This document shows, one piece after another, positions 29,001-43,079 of a stretch of DNA of 64,000 nt. The DNA lies in assembly GCF_009914755.1 (NCBI RefSeq), contig NC_060930.1; one strand, written 5' to 3'. A program made the position numbers and the translations under genes. The notes under the pieces were generated by a model. That model saw only the letters and a list, made by a program, of their open reading frames with translations. It made no database searches and was not told the DNA's origin. This DNA is from the human T2T-CHM13v2.0 reference genome, Homo sapiens. Each line of letters starts with the position of its first letter. Position 1 is the stretch's first letter.

Positions 29001-31065
29001 CCTCATAGGATTGTCTCTAGGAATAACTTCAAGTGTTTTAAAAGATATTTCCAAATGGATTAAGAAATTCTAAGTGACAAGTAAATTTTCCTTCTCCCTT
29101 CTTCCTTTCCTGTCAAGGCTGAAAGAGAAAATGTAAGAGGAGCCACAACGATGGTGCTGTGGTTCTCCCACCAAATGAATATTGCTTACAGAATGGCGCT
29201 TGATTACTGGTGGGAGTTCCCATCTGGAGGAATGTTTTGTGAAGATATTTTTGCAGCCATATTTGATTATAGTTCTAGGGCTTGTAATGCCTTTTGATTT
29301 CTGAAAGAAGGAAACGATCTTTTGATTAAATATTCTTAATATAACAAAATAATGATTCTGCGACAGAGACACCCAGATGAACCTAATTGAGTTTCAGTTG
29401 TCTTTTCAACTGGCTATGAGAGGGTATATTCAGTTTTTAGGAAGAAAGTGAAATTAGATATGAATGAAAAGTTAAATAAGTGTGAAAGGTCTTAGGAAAA
29501 TTATAGAAGTTTATGCAATTAGAATCAAAACTAAAGTAAAACAAAAAATATATATCTAGGTCGATACGTGAGAAACAAGACCCAAACGAGTGAAAGTCCT
29601 TACTGCCGGAACAAGATGTATCGAGTGATATAGGATTCTAGACATTTGAGCCATTTTTATCCCATATTCAGTTACAGTCTCTACTTTAGGGGATGCTAAA
29701 CTAAAATTAAGATGACTAAAGATTTTGGATTAACTCTTAAAGAGCATATAGTCTCTTTTTATCTTAGACCTGTATAGCTCCTGTTCATAGTGGCAAACTT
29801 TTGGCTTCCTGTTCTGTTGATGGGACTATTCAGTTATGGATATTCTAGGGTTTTGAGAGCATTAGAACCATGTACAGCCATGACCATGATGTTTCATCAT
29901 TAGCCATTGAGCACAATGGATACAATATAGTGTCTACCTCATGGGATTAAAACCATTAAAATGTAGGCAATGTAGACTGGCTCTTTTTGTGGCCAAATTA
30001 ATATGGTGTCCTGACTTCCATCTGTGCTAGTGAACAGACAGTGTGGAAGGGTTGATAGGAACAACAAATCCAGTGCTATGCTCAGAGAATATGAAAATGT
30101 GATAAAATGCATTTCTTGGGGCTACATATGGCCCACATTTTTATATCTCTTGAGCAAAAGGAGGTGAGACTAGAAAAAGTGGCAAATCTGTATCTCTCTT
30201 GCTGTCAGAGATGAGACTGTGAAAATAAGGGATGTAAGCACCAGTTTGTGGGTAAACTTAAATTTCCACAAGATGAAACCACATGGGCTTACTGCAAGTA
30301 TAGTGTTCCCCTGTGAAATCAAGGTTACCCACTTTGAACCATCCTTAAGTGTATATTCCCTCTTCAGAAATACATTTGAAAAAAAGATGGGGGAAGATTT
30401 GCAAGTATCTGTATATCTTTGTCATTTCTAACCCTGTTTGAATACTAGTCACATGTGACAATTTTTATGTGTTTCTCAGTCAGTCGGGAAAGTGAATAGC
30501 TTAACTTCTTTTTAAACTATTTTAAAAGACTCAAATAATTTAAAACAGACAATTTTGACATTATAGTACAGGATATTTGATTCCATGAAAACCAAGATTT
30601 GATAATTTGAGGTTCTCAGGAAGAAAATTCTCATGATTTCTAGTCTTCCTGGTGTGATTACAGAATAAAATAATGAGCATTTTTCTGTTATAAAAAATTG
30701 AATATAGGCATACACTGTCAGTTTTGTTTATAAAATACCTCAGTGCTGTGCAATTGAACTATGTGTTACATTAGGGAATTGGCCATAGCCTGCTCTCATT
30801 CATCAGGCATCTTCCTTCTGCCTGATCCCTACCAGGGCTCTCTGAAGAACAGGCTGAGCTGATTGCTTCTGTGACACTCCCTGCTTCAATTTTCTTTTTC
30901 TGTTCTGTAGGGTGACATTCATTTCATTTTTTTTCCACAGGAAAATAATCAAGCTATATTTATGCACTCTTATTTCTGTTACAGTTTATAACTAAGGGCT
31001 TGAAGCAAACAAGAAATTATTTGGCAGAAAATATGAGGCAACCTTTCATAATTACCACAGCATAG

Positions 31066-31533
<468 letters not shown>

Positions 31534-32738
31534 TCCTAAATTTTTTTTATTACTGTATTATATAATTTTAATACAAACTACAGTTGAGATTTTAACTTAT
31601 ATTTCAATGATTCAAACAGTGCTACATGTTTCCCCTCCCCCTTCATTTAGATCAGATCCTAACTTCTTCACTACAATCCGAATCAATCAATGCCTACACA
31701 GCATTATTAGCTAACTAGGATAGCCTCTGTCCACAGAGAGACTTTCAGTTAGTGAAATAATAAATAAACATGTAATTATTGATTTTTCACCAACTATCCA
31801 GCACAGGAATGATGCAGCTGGGAATCCAAAAGAAATGGAAAGAATTTATGATTAATCTTGTTGAGGGACAAGATTAAGATTATGAAATTGCTGCTATTCT
31901 AATGCTTTGATTTATGAAAATGGTACCTTCATATAATTCAAAGCAGTGATTGTAAATGACAAAACAGTATTTAATTAGATACCAAATTATAGGATAAAAC
32001 CACAAGTGCTATGTAGGCTTTGTGTAGGTAGAATATAAGAGATCCAAGTTTGTCAGAGAACATTACATGAATGAGTAGGTACTGGGAGAGGTAAAGAGGA
32101 CTAGGGCAGGAATTCCAGGCAAGAGGAAGCTTGACGGTGGACTGAACGAGAGCGATGGATCTCAGGTAGCATGAACTGGTTGTTTATGCACTGTTGGAGT
32201 CGAGAAGCTGAGCCTGGGCGGGGGAGAATGGAACAGCAAATATCAGCTGGGCTGCTGTAGCACTAATTGTGGAGGATTGCTCAAAGTGAAAGGGAAGGAT
32301 GAGAAACACATTGGAGGATGTGTTCTGTTCTCTGACGGTTCTCACTGGATGAGATTTCTACTTTCTGACTTCCACGTTTTCTATCACTTACGTATATCTT
32401 TGCATTCAGTGCTATTTATATTCCAGATACGTATTAGACATTGTGATAGAGGTTGTGTGTGCCAGACATGGTTCCTGGTTTAGTGTTGTTAATTAACAAA
32501 ACTTTAAGTACCTGTGTTTTGCTTTTCTAAATTGATTGTAAGTTTTACCACATCAGGGACCATGCATTTTTATATTCATTCTTTAAAAAACTGTTGAGTA
32601 TTTATATGTGACAGCCACTATTGATATAAAAGGAATGTAGTGGTTCTGGTTTGCAAGATATCCAGATAGTTTTTAAAAGGTATGAGAATTGTTACCAATG
32701 AACTGCAGTGAGATTAATTGTTAAATTTTTCTGGAAGA

Positions 32739-33040
32739 GGCTGGGCGCGGAGTGGCTCACGCCTGTAATCCCAGCACTTTGGGCGGCTGAGGTGGGTGGA
32801 TCACCTGAGGTCAGGAGTTCATGACCAGCCTGACCAACATGATGAAACCGCGTCTCTATTAAAAATACAAAAAAACCTAGCTGGGCGTGGTGGTGGGTGC
32901 CTGTAATCCCAGCTACTCAGAAGGCTGAGGCAGGAGAATCACTTGAACCTGGCAGATGGAGGTTGCAGTAAGCCAAGATCCTGCCACTGAACTCCAGCCT
33001 GGGTGACAGAGCGAGACTCCGTCTCAAAAAACAAACAAAA
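32739..33040 (+). mobile_element. AluSx-like
   Basis: Complete dimer; TSD tttctggaaga on both sides. Confidence 0.93.
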
Positions 33041-34523
33041 ATTTCTGGAAGAGTTAAAGACTCAAAGAAGAATGATCTTTTGAGTTGAGACTTAAAGGGC
33101 AGTGTTTTGGAGGCATGCCTATGAAGCATGGGTGGCTCAGGAAGGTGGAACAGCCTGCACAGAAGTGGGGGACACAGTCACATGACACAGGATGTACACA
33201 TGTGCTAATATTGCCAAGTATGGGGTGGAATGAAACAAAAGGAGATTGTGCAAATGGGTAGGGGCTTGATAAGTGTCTTTGTATATTATGCAGAGGAGCT
33301 TAGGTGGTATGCTATGATGAAACATGTTGATTAGCTAAGAAATGTTTGGACTTGTATGTTAGAACCATCCCATGTAACAAAGAGGAGAATAGAGGGGAAG
33401 AAGGACATGACTGAGCGGAGAGACTAGAAATGAGGCTATTGCTATTGCAATAGTGTGTGACAGAGAAGCCAGGAGCAATGAGAATAGAAAGAAGGAGAAA
33501 AAAACAAAAAGTAACTGGAAAGTAAAATGGAGAGATCTTGTGTTTCATAGAACATGGGGGATGAAATGGAGAGAGACCAGGACCTCGTCTGTCTTGTTAA
33601 TAACTGCTTCCCCAGCACCTAAAAGAAGGCCTTATCTAGGTGCCCAACCAATATTTGTCCAAATGAATGAAAGGGAAAAATTGAGATGATTCCTGGGTTT
33701 CTGGCTGAAGCAGAATGTTTATAACAGTTACCAACAGAAGGGATACAGGAGGGGAAGTCATGTATTCATCTGTGGACTACTGTGGGATATATAGGGTGGG
33801 TTCTAGAAGAGCCAGTCTCTAAGATGTACATTACAAGAGAGTGGAGGGCAGGAAAGGAAGAGAAGCTAATGAAGAAAACACCAAATATGACTGCAGAAGC
33901 ATAGGAAGAGGCTTAGGTTAGGTAAAAATCATAAGTCAAAGGGACATTTTCATGATGAAGTGTTTGACAGGATATTTCCAGAGAGCTCAATGGTGGTGGC
34001 AGTATTTGGTGGCAGTATTTGCAAAATGAGTGTTCAGCTTTGAAAGACTCAGAGAAGACTATCATCAGTGTTGTCCCCTTGCTTTTTTATGGACATATCA
34101 GAAATTAGAGGTTGGCTTACTCAAGTTATTTTATAAACTCTGGGACTTTGTGCATCTCTTCACCTGAGGAAGATAAAGGCAGCATATGGTATGGTGATTT
34201 TTATAGTAACAACCAATATGTAGGTTAAAGATCAATATTACTAGGCAATAACATCTAAATGTATATGTACTACTATAATAACATTGACTTGGGTCATTTC
34301 TTCTATAGAATAGATAATTGTAAATTGTATGGTTAATAATAACGATATGTTTTAAAAGACTCACTTCTTTAATTCATAGCTTTATGCTATATAAATTGAT
34401 GAATAATCCCTATATATGATATTATGGCCAATAATTACATACCTTAGTCCATACTTGCATGTGGTCTAATTTAGCTGGCTCCTGGAGATTTTCAGTAGTT
34501 GCCTTCAAATATTACTTGCATAA

Positions 34524-34697
34524 GGAGGGGAAGAGGAGGGAGAGCATTAGGACAAATACCTAATGCATGCGGGGCTTAAAACCTAGATGACAGATTGATA
34601 GATGCAGCAAACTACCATGGCACATGTATACCTATGTAACAAACCTGCACGTTCTGCACATGCATCCCAGAACTTAAAGTAAAATTAAAAAAAAAAA
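34524..34697 (+). mobile_element. L1PA7/8-like 3' tip inside a MER5-like relic (about 34493-34855)
   Basis: gcattaggacaaatacctaatgcatgcggggcttaaaacctagatgac; 18-bp TSD caaatatta(c/g)ttgcataa at 34506-34523 and 34698-34715. Confidence 0.92.
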
Positions 34698-36231
34698 CAA
34701 ATATTAGTTGCATAAAAAGCACCTAAGATTCTTGATAAAATTTTATTTTATTTTATTCTAATTTTTGATTCAAGAAGGCCTGGGAACTAGAGTTTTAACA
34801 AGCACATTCATGTTATTTTAATATATGTGTGAAGAGCTCTTATTTGGAGAAACTCTATCTTAAATCATTACACAATATGTATATATTCAATATACATGAT
34901 TCAATATATTGTATATTGAAACATCACGTTATACCCCATAAATATGTACAATTATTGTGTCCATTTAAAGAAAAAGCTCTTTAGTATGATTTGTATTTTT
35001 CAGCTGGTCTTCTTGCTCCCTCATGTGGTGCAATGTGCAACTGTATGTTTTAGAGCTCTCATTTTCAGTTTTTAGAAAATGAACTTCACAGTTTATCAAT
35101 CTGTTATCTAACCTTTATTTAACCATGCAATAAACCTATAAATGCAAATGTAGAATTAGCATTAATTCCTCTGCATACAAAGCAAAATACTAGAGAGGAC
35201 TAGAAAATGTCACATGTAAGATTTCACAATTTAGAAATGAGGTGGCTAAAACATTGCTTTATATTTTTTATGTGTGTGTTAAAGATTTTGAAGGAGAATT
35301 TGGTAGATGCGTACTAAAGGGTTTTGGTGGCAGTATTTCAGTATCATGGTCCAGGTGTTTGTCTTTTGCTTGGGTTCTCCCTATTTGACTCTATCAGGAT
35401 TTAGAATATCTGTTTTGAAACAAGACAGACCTAGGGTCTGCAATATTCATTTGAAGTTTTCATTTGCCAGGCTTTTTTTTTTTTCAAATCAGAAGGGTTT
35501 AATTGATAAATATATGATAAGTGGTGTGCAGAGTAAAGGGTTAGGAGTAGGAATTCTTTATTTCCCTTCCTGCGCTATAGTGGGCACATTCATAGATATT
35601 TATTAAAACCATTGGAGAGAAGCTTTGTGGGTGATACAGTGATAAATCACCATTTCTATAAGTGAGAAGAGAAATTTAGAACTTTGCAGCCAGCCAAAGC
35701 CTGTAACAAAGGCTCCACATCCTAATGCAGAACAGGCTGTCCATGCTCAGACAAAGGGGAATTGATGGAAGAGTTGCGAGGAGGGGAACCGCTGGGGAAA
35801 TACTAATAGAGGACATAGCATTTGAACTGAGAATCCCTAAGAATGACCACTCTTTAGGAATCCTTGTGAAGCTCTGTTGTGGACTTATATCTCATGCAAT
35901 TATTTGTTCTTATTGTGGTTATTTTATTCATTCATTAAATACTGATTATGGTCAGACACTGGGCTAAGCATGGGTGTATAAAGTTGAACAGGGCTGACTT
36001 GATCTCTTTCTATGTAAAGCTCCCATTCTGTTAGTGAAAACAGACAAGAAACAACTATATTAAAAATAAATAAAAGGATACTAAATTAAAGTAATGGCAA
36101 TGAAGGAAGTAAATAAGAAGCTGAGGTAGAGAATAACTTGGATGGGGTGGGACAAGACTTACTTTGGTGAAGGTGGCTACAGAAGGCCCTTTTGAGAAAA
36201 GATACACTACCGTGTTTATTGAGTACAATGA

Positions 36232-36585
<354 letters not shown>

Positions 36586-37823
36586 TCACAACGCTGTAAG
36601 GAAATACACTGTTACTATACTCATTTGATAGGTTAGAAAATAGAGGCACAAAGACATTAAGTAACTTGACACATAATTTGCACATGGTGGAGACTGATTC
36701 ATGTCTACATCACCAGTCTCTAGAGCCTGCTCCCTTGACCACTATGATAGCTATTTCCTGTCAAGGCTGAGGAAAAAGCATGCACCAAACCTCTGAGACA
36801 GGAAAGCACTTGGTGGTTAAGGCACTGGAAGAAGAGCTGTAGGAGAAAAGCACAGAGATAGTGAGAGTGGCCTGGTTGTGTTCAGAGATGCAGACTGGGA
36901 TCTGATCCTGAAGGCCCTTTGAGAACATGATAAGGAGGTTTGGATTGCATTCTAAGTGCAGTAAAAAGCCACAGATGGGTTTTAAACAAGGTTCAGACAT
37001 GATCTAATAAACCTTTTAAGAGGCTAACTCTTATTACAATGTGGATAATTAATTGCAGGCAGGAAATCAGTAGGGAGACCAGTCAGGAAGAGGTCATGAG
37101 GTTTCAGCATAGGGATGGGGAAGAGATTCAAACAAATTTTGGAGGTAGAATGAATAGTACTTTACATGATAGAGTACCCCATCCTAGCAGACATGGTGGG
37201 AGTCTGAAATACCACATTTCATTTGGGGTGTAGGCTCCTTTCAGACATATGCTGATACAGAAAAGAGTGTTTGGTATTAAGAGACAGTCACTGATTGAGT
37301 TGAAAAAAACAGAATATGTTATTTACCCTAGCACCGTAGAACCACTGACAGCTGAGAGAAAGGTCTTTTTCTGTTACAATATGTTGATCTCACAGATGAA
37401 AACACTGAACTCAGAGAAGTTAGGTGATTAATTGCTTAACTGTTGATTGCAGACTTAAAAGTAAAACATAGGTAATTTTCCTTGACTTAGCACATGCATA
37501 ACTAGTTTCTACTTAAGAGAGACAAATGTAAGTTATAAGTTGATTTCCCACCAATTCCAGGGCACTAGAGTACTTTGTTACAGGCTGAGTACTTTCTTAA
37601 TTTCTTGCTCCTTTAATTTAGAATGGTTTTCTTTGAGGGCAACAACCATTTCCATTTTATAACACATGGAAAAATGAGAATTTCCCTTCTCTCTTCAGAC
37701 ATGGAAACAGAAAGAAACAGAGGAAAGGACAAATCAATAAACTTACTTCCCATGTGACTTGGTCACCTTCCCTGTCCTCATGTTTGCCTGTAGGAATTTT
37801 TTCTTTTGATTATGAAAGGTAGC

Positions 37824-38199
37824 TGATATGGTTAGGTTTTGTGTTCCCACGCAAACCTCATCTTGAATTGTAATCCCCATAATCCCCAGGTGTCAAGGGA
37901 GAGACCAGGTGGAGGTAATTAAATCATGGGGGTGGTTTTCCTCATGCGTTCTCGTGATAGTGAGTGAGTTCTCAGGAGATCTGATGGTTTTATAAGGAGA
38001 AATTCTCCCCTTTACTAGGCACGTCTTCCTGCTGCCTTGTGAAGAAAGTACTCTGCTTCCTCTTCCCCTTCCACCATGCTTGTAAATTTCCGGAGGCCTC
38101 CCCAGCCATGCTGAACAGTGAGTCAATTAAACTTCTTTCCTTTGTAAATTACCCAGTCTCTGGCAGTTCTTTACAGCAGCATGAAAACTGACTAATACA
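37824..38199 (+). mobile_element. THE1 (THE1D-like) MaLR solo LTR
   Basis: TG...CA termini (tgatatggtt...actaataca), 376 bp, perfect 5-bp TSD gtagc at 37819-37823 and 38200-38204. Confidence 0.92.
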
Positions 38200-38410
38200 G
38201 TAGCCCTGATGCAAAGTAGAGCTTCAGAAAGGATCAGGGAACTGCTAAGTACTTTGGACTACAGCGAACATGCTCAAGGCAGAAAACAGGAGGAGGCTGC
38301 ATCTAGGCAAAGGTCTTTTTTTTACCACAGCCAATTAGAGTGTCCCTGAGGAATCTCTAAAGTATTCTTAAAGGAGCGAGGCAAGTCCTAGAGGGTTCAG
38401 TTAATCTTAC

Positions 38411-38593
38411 CATGGCCTTTCTGTCCAGTAAAAAATATCAAGTTATTTTGCAGTGCTGAGTGGTTGTTTGCCAGCTGAAACTTCAGGTGGAATTCATAAT
38501 GGAAGCTGATGTCTGAGATCCGTGAATAAGCCAGGAATGAGGTGTATCCAAAGGCATCTGTGCCACTGAACCTTGGCTGAGTAATATTAATAG
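38411..38593 (-). CDS. EYS: EYS coding exon (probably exon 37), start of LamG: (A)INITQPRFSGTDAFGYTSFLAYSRISDISFHYEFHLKFQLANNHSALQNNLIFFTGQKGH(G)
   Basis: Acceptor ggttttttcacag|CT, donor CATG|gtaaga; 183 nt, symmetric phase 1-1; joins in frame to the 21441 exon. Confidence 0.97.
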
Positions 38594-39724
38594 CTGTGAA
38601 AAAACCCAAACCAAACAGTTAAAATAAACCTGTACATGTATTTGTAAAGTGAGGGTTACGTTTTGCTGATGCATCTGGCCAGATAGTCTGTTTACTATTA
38701 CATTAATTATACTTTAGTGCCCTTCAGCATTGAGCAACTAAGTGACTCAACAGGAAATTTCAAAACCAGAACAAAGGAAATGCAGTGTTTTGAGATCTTC
38801 TATATAATCCTTTCACTAGCATACTCTTTCTACATAATGGATAATTTACTTAAAAAGCAAACCCCTATATTTTGAAACTTAATTTTAGAAATAGAAAAGA
38901 TTACTGGCAGCCAAACAAAGTATTTACTCAGGTGCCTCGTAAACATGATTTGGCATCCAAAACCTGGATATGACTTAGAGAGGAGCTCACACCTTTGAAC
39001 AAACTGTGCTTTTCTAATCCTGCACCTTTATCTGAGCCAAAGCCCCAGGTCAGGGCTAGGAAAGTCAAGAAATAGGAAGGAAATCGGTCAGTTTTCTATC
39101 ATCATTGGTGAGTGACCAGAGCTTTTCTTTAAGTAAAAATAATTGTCTAAAAGAAATGTTCATTATTTCTTTGCTGAGATGCTTCTTAAGTAATAAAAAC
39201 ATGGAATTCAATTGGTGTGAAAGTGTAGGGAGATTTATTAAAAACAGGAAATGGTAAAATTAGATGAAGTTCAAGGGCCAGTGTGAACAAAATAGAATTT
39301 AACTGAGGGTTGCTTCTTGTATCGAACTCTTCTCTTTCATTGTACTGTTTCCTTCATAAGTCTCCACTGGTTTTTTAAATCTCCTTACCCAAAGAGGACA
39401 ACAGAAAATAGAAAGGGGATTTTGACACCCCATTCCTGTCTTTTATGGATGATGTCACCAGATTAAGGGATGTTCCTAGGATCTATTTTTATTGGTTGGG
39501 GACAGCTCGGTTGAGGAAATAAGAGCTTATGTTGTTTCCTTCTCAAGAGATGTTGGAACTCCAGGGAAGCTGTAAAATTAGAATTTTTACAAGCCTTAAG
39601 AAATATACTCACTCTGGTATGTAACACTTAAAAGAGCTTCTTATGTCTGTTTATAATTGTGTATACAGCAAATAATTTAGGAAAAATGATGCTTATTATC
39701 AAAGGCTTGTATATCTTTGTTTTA

Positions 39725-39881
39725 TATGACTATTAAACTAAGATATTTGTGTGAATAAACTGAATACTTTGTTTTGATATTTTATTAAAATCTTATCAGT
39801 TTATTATGACTATTAAACTAAGATATTTGTGTGAAGCTGAATACTTTGTTTTGATATTTTATTAAAATCTTATCAGTTTAT
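39725..39881. repeat. Tandem duplication, 80 bp + 77 bp
   Basis: tatgactattaaactaagatatttgtgtgaa...cttatcagtttat twice; the copies differ only at taaa versus g. Confidence 0.95.
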
Positions 39882-40954
39882 TCCCTGGGATGTGTGGCAT
39901 AGGTTAAATGTAATTTTCTCAAAACTCACCAGAATGTGAAGTAGGGACTTTTGAGACATATTGCTTCTTATACTTATTTTTTAATCTAATGAAAACTTTA
40001 TAATTTGTGTCCCTGAGATAATAACACTCTCAGGTATATCACTTTCAGTAGTACTATGGGGAGGGTGATTGAGGGAAATGAAATGTACTGGAGTTGAAAC
40101 AGAATAAAAATACTGACCATCATTCAATGTTGGCATTAAAAACTATGAAAATAGAATTCAGTTAAATTTAATACTAAAATAGAAAAGGAATGACTATCTT
40201 TTGCTTTTAATATTTCTTCCTGTTAATAATTTACAACTGAGTCTACCTAAAGGTTACATTTAGGCTAGATTGACAAATACGTATCTCATATATATGGTAT
40301 TTTACTGTCAGAACCTGTGCTAGATGCTGGTGACACAAAGATAAAAAAGCACTAGTCACTCAAGGGATTAGTGTGAAGTCAATACATTTATTCAGCTGAA
40401 CTGGACTGAAAGTTGAGGCCTGGTATAAGAACTTTCAGGCAGAAGAAACAGCATGTTCTAGGGTGTGAAGACCAAAACAGCATGTCATACTCAGGGAACT
40501 TATGAAGTCTGCAAATTTTAGAATGAAGAAGAAAAGTGAGAGTGGAAGGAAATGAAACAAGATAGACAGTGGTCAAATCATGAAGAACTATATATTTTCT
40601 TTATTATCCTAAAGTAGTTGGGCAATGATCAAAGTTGCTTTTTAGAAATATTATTCTGTTGATGAAGTGTGAATCATAGATTAGACAGAGAGCTGGAGGA
40701 CCAAACTTTGGTCAAGGATGAAAATAAGAACTTTGATATCAAGAAATCTAACAATGAATTAAGCTTATGCAGAAATCTAAATGTAAGGCAATTTATGAGT
40801 AACTCATTAAGGCAATGGTGTGATATTTAAACAGCTAATGGAAATACATTATCAGTGCAATTTCATGATATAATTTTTACTATCAAAAATAAGTACTTTT
40901 GAAGTTTGAGAATAATAATGAAGACTGATGATAACCATGACCCATAGGAATGGA

Positions 40955-41226
40955 TCTGTCAAATGCTCAGCATTTCTTAGTCTAGTGGTACCTGCAGCTG
41001 TTGAGCATTTGAATTGTGGTTAGGCCTGTGTGGGAAGGGCTCAGTATGAAACAAAGAATGTAAAATATATTATTAATAACATTCCCATATCCATTAAACA
41101 TTGGGTTAAATAAAATATATTACTAAAATAAATTTCACCTGTTTCTTTTAACTTTGAAAAATGTCGCTACTAGAAAACAAAATGACATAGGCAGCTCACA
41201 TTCTATTTCTATTGAATGGCAACGCA
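40955..41226 (+). mobile_element. MER33/MER3-like hAT-Charlie element
   Basis: ttgagcatttgaattgtgg...gggttaaataaaatatattactaaaataaatttcacctgtttc...gctcacattctatttctattg. Confidence 0.7.
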
Positions 41227-42180
41227 GAGAGATCCAAGCATGTTTTGATAGGTTAAGTTCTTCCTCTAAACCGTTAGTTGTGACTTACTTCAAGGGGCTT
41301 TTTCTTTTGGTAACTTTGAACCTATAAAAAGGTAGGGCCTCTGTGGGGAGCAATAGGAATCAGGAGAAGAGGTCAAAGATAATATAATCCATCACTAAGA
41401 GGCTTCTATGTCTGCACCCACACTGTCTCTATAACTCTGAATTAGGCAGAAGAACGTGAGGGACTCAGACTAGGAGAAAGAAGACTTTCAACCTTACAAA
41501 TCATTCTTTTCAATACTTTAAGCCCTTTTCCATCTTCCGCCAGGTAACATTTGGTTAATTTGGTTACTCTACTGCATAAATTCCCAGATCAGCCTTCTGG
41601 AAGGATCAGTCATCATCTAATCAGGAAATTGAACAGATTGTAATGGGACTATTTTTGGGCTATTAAATGTATATATTTTTTTAATTTTTGCAATCCCTAG
41701 TTGCCTCACAGATACCATGTGTAAAGTCATGCATTTTTTTGTCAGTTCTTCTAAAGTTACATGAATGAATTGGAAACATGAAGAAAAAAGGGAGATGCTG
41801 GAATTTAAACTAAAATAAATTGTTTAGTGTGTAGAAGAAGAAAGCAAAATCACTAATGCTCTGGGATCATTTCAGGCACAGTCAAAAGGTATCCAGACAT
41901 CATCTCGGGGCATTAAAAATTCTAAGAGCCTTGAGTAAAGAGGGAATATTGTGATATTTTCTTTTATATTATAGTGCTATATTATAGGCTCAATGTATAA
42001 TCTTTTTAAAATGTTATGCTTATAAAACACTTCTTAGCAAAAGTTATCACAGAAAGGGTATAAAATTCTATTTTCTAATCATTTACTAAGGCAAATTTTT
42101 CTCATTCCCAATATGGCCGAGAAATAAGGCATTATTGTGTTTAATGTGACTATTTTTTCCTTTTAAAAATATTTTGCTGT

Positions 42181-42558
<378 letters not shown>

Positions 42559-43079
42559 TTAATCTGAATTATTAAAGTTTATGCACAATGCACAGAAGTG
42601 GCTAAGATGAACTATTGGAATGTGGAAAGAAGACATATAAATAGTTCAGATTTCAGAACACCTTTCTTCAACTCTGCAGTGATGCATCCTGAAGCCCACC
42701 GGCTGGTAGTAAAACATGAGCTACTCTATGGCATAGTGATGGAGGGAGGCAGCTGGGGCTGGCCAGCTCAGGCTTGATTCTGGATGTTTTTACTTTCTGT
42801 GTAAACTTGGGTAAGTTATTTCACTTTTCTGTTTTAGTTTCTTTGTTCATAAAATGAGAATGTAAGAGCACCTAACATCTGTGAAGAATGAGAAAAGCCC
42901 ATGGCTGAAGAAAACACACTCGAGCTAAACATACAATTCAAGTGGGCAAACCTCTTCCACCATACCAGCAATCCTACTACATATTTCCAGTCAAGTCACT
43001 TTCCCAGCCTCTAAAATGGCTATTTAATGCTTCCTCTCTCCTCAAACATCTAATATTTATTGTCTCTTATGAATTAATA

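Noticed and set aside
29551-29632. Resemblance to a tet operator or hammerhead ribozyme
   Set aside because: The tetO palindrome is not matched and no CUGAUGA core is present on either strand
34880-34921. Small hairpin ttcaatataca/tgtatattgaa as a possible miRNA
   Set aside because: Only an 11-bp AT-rich stem within an L1MA tip; more likely a local templated duplication
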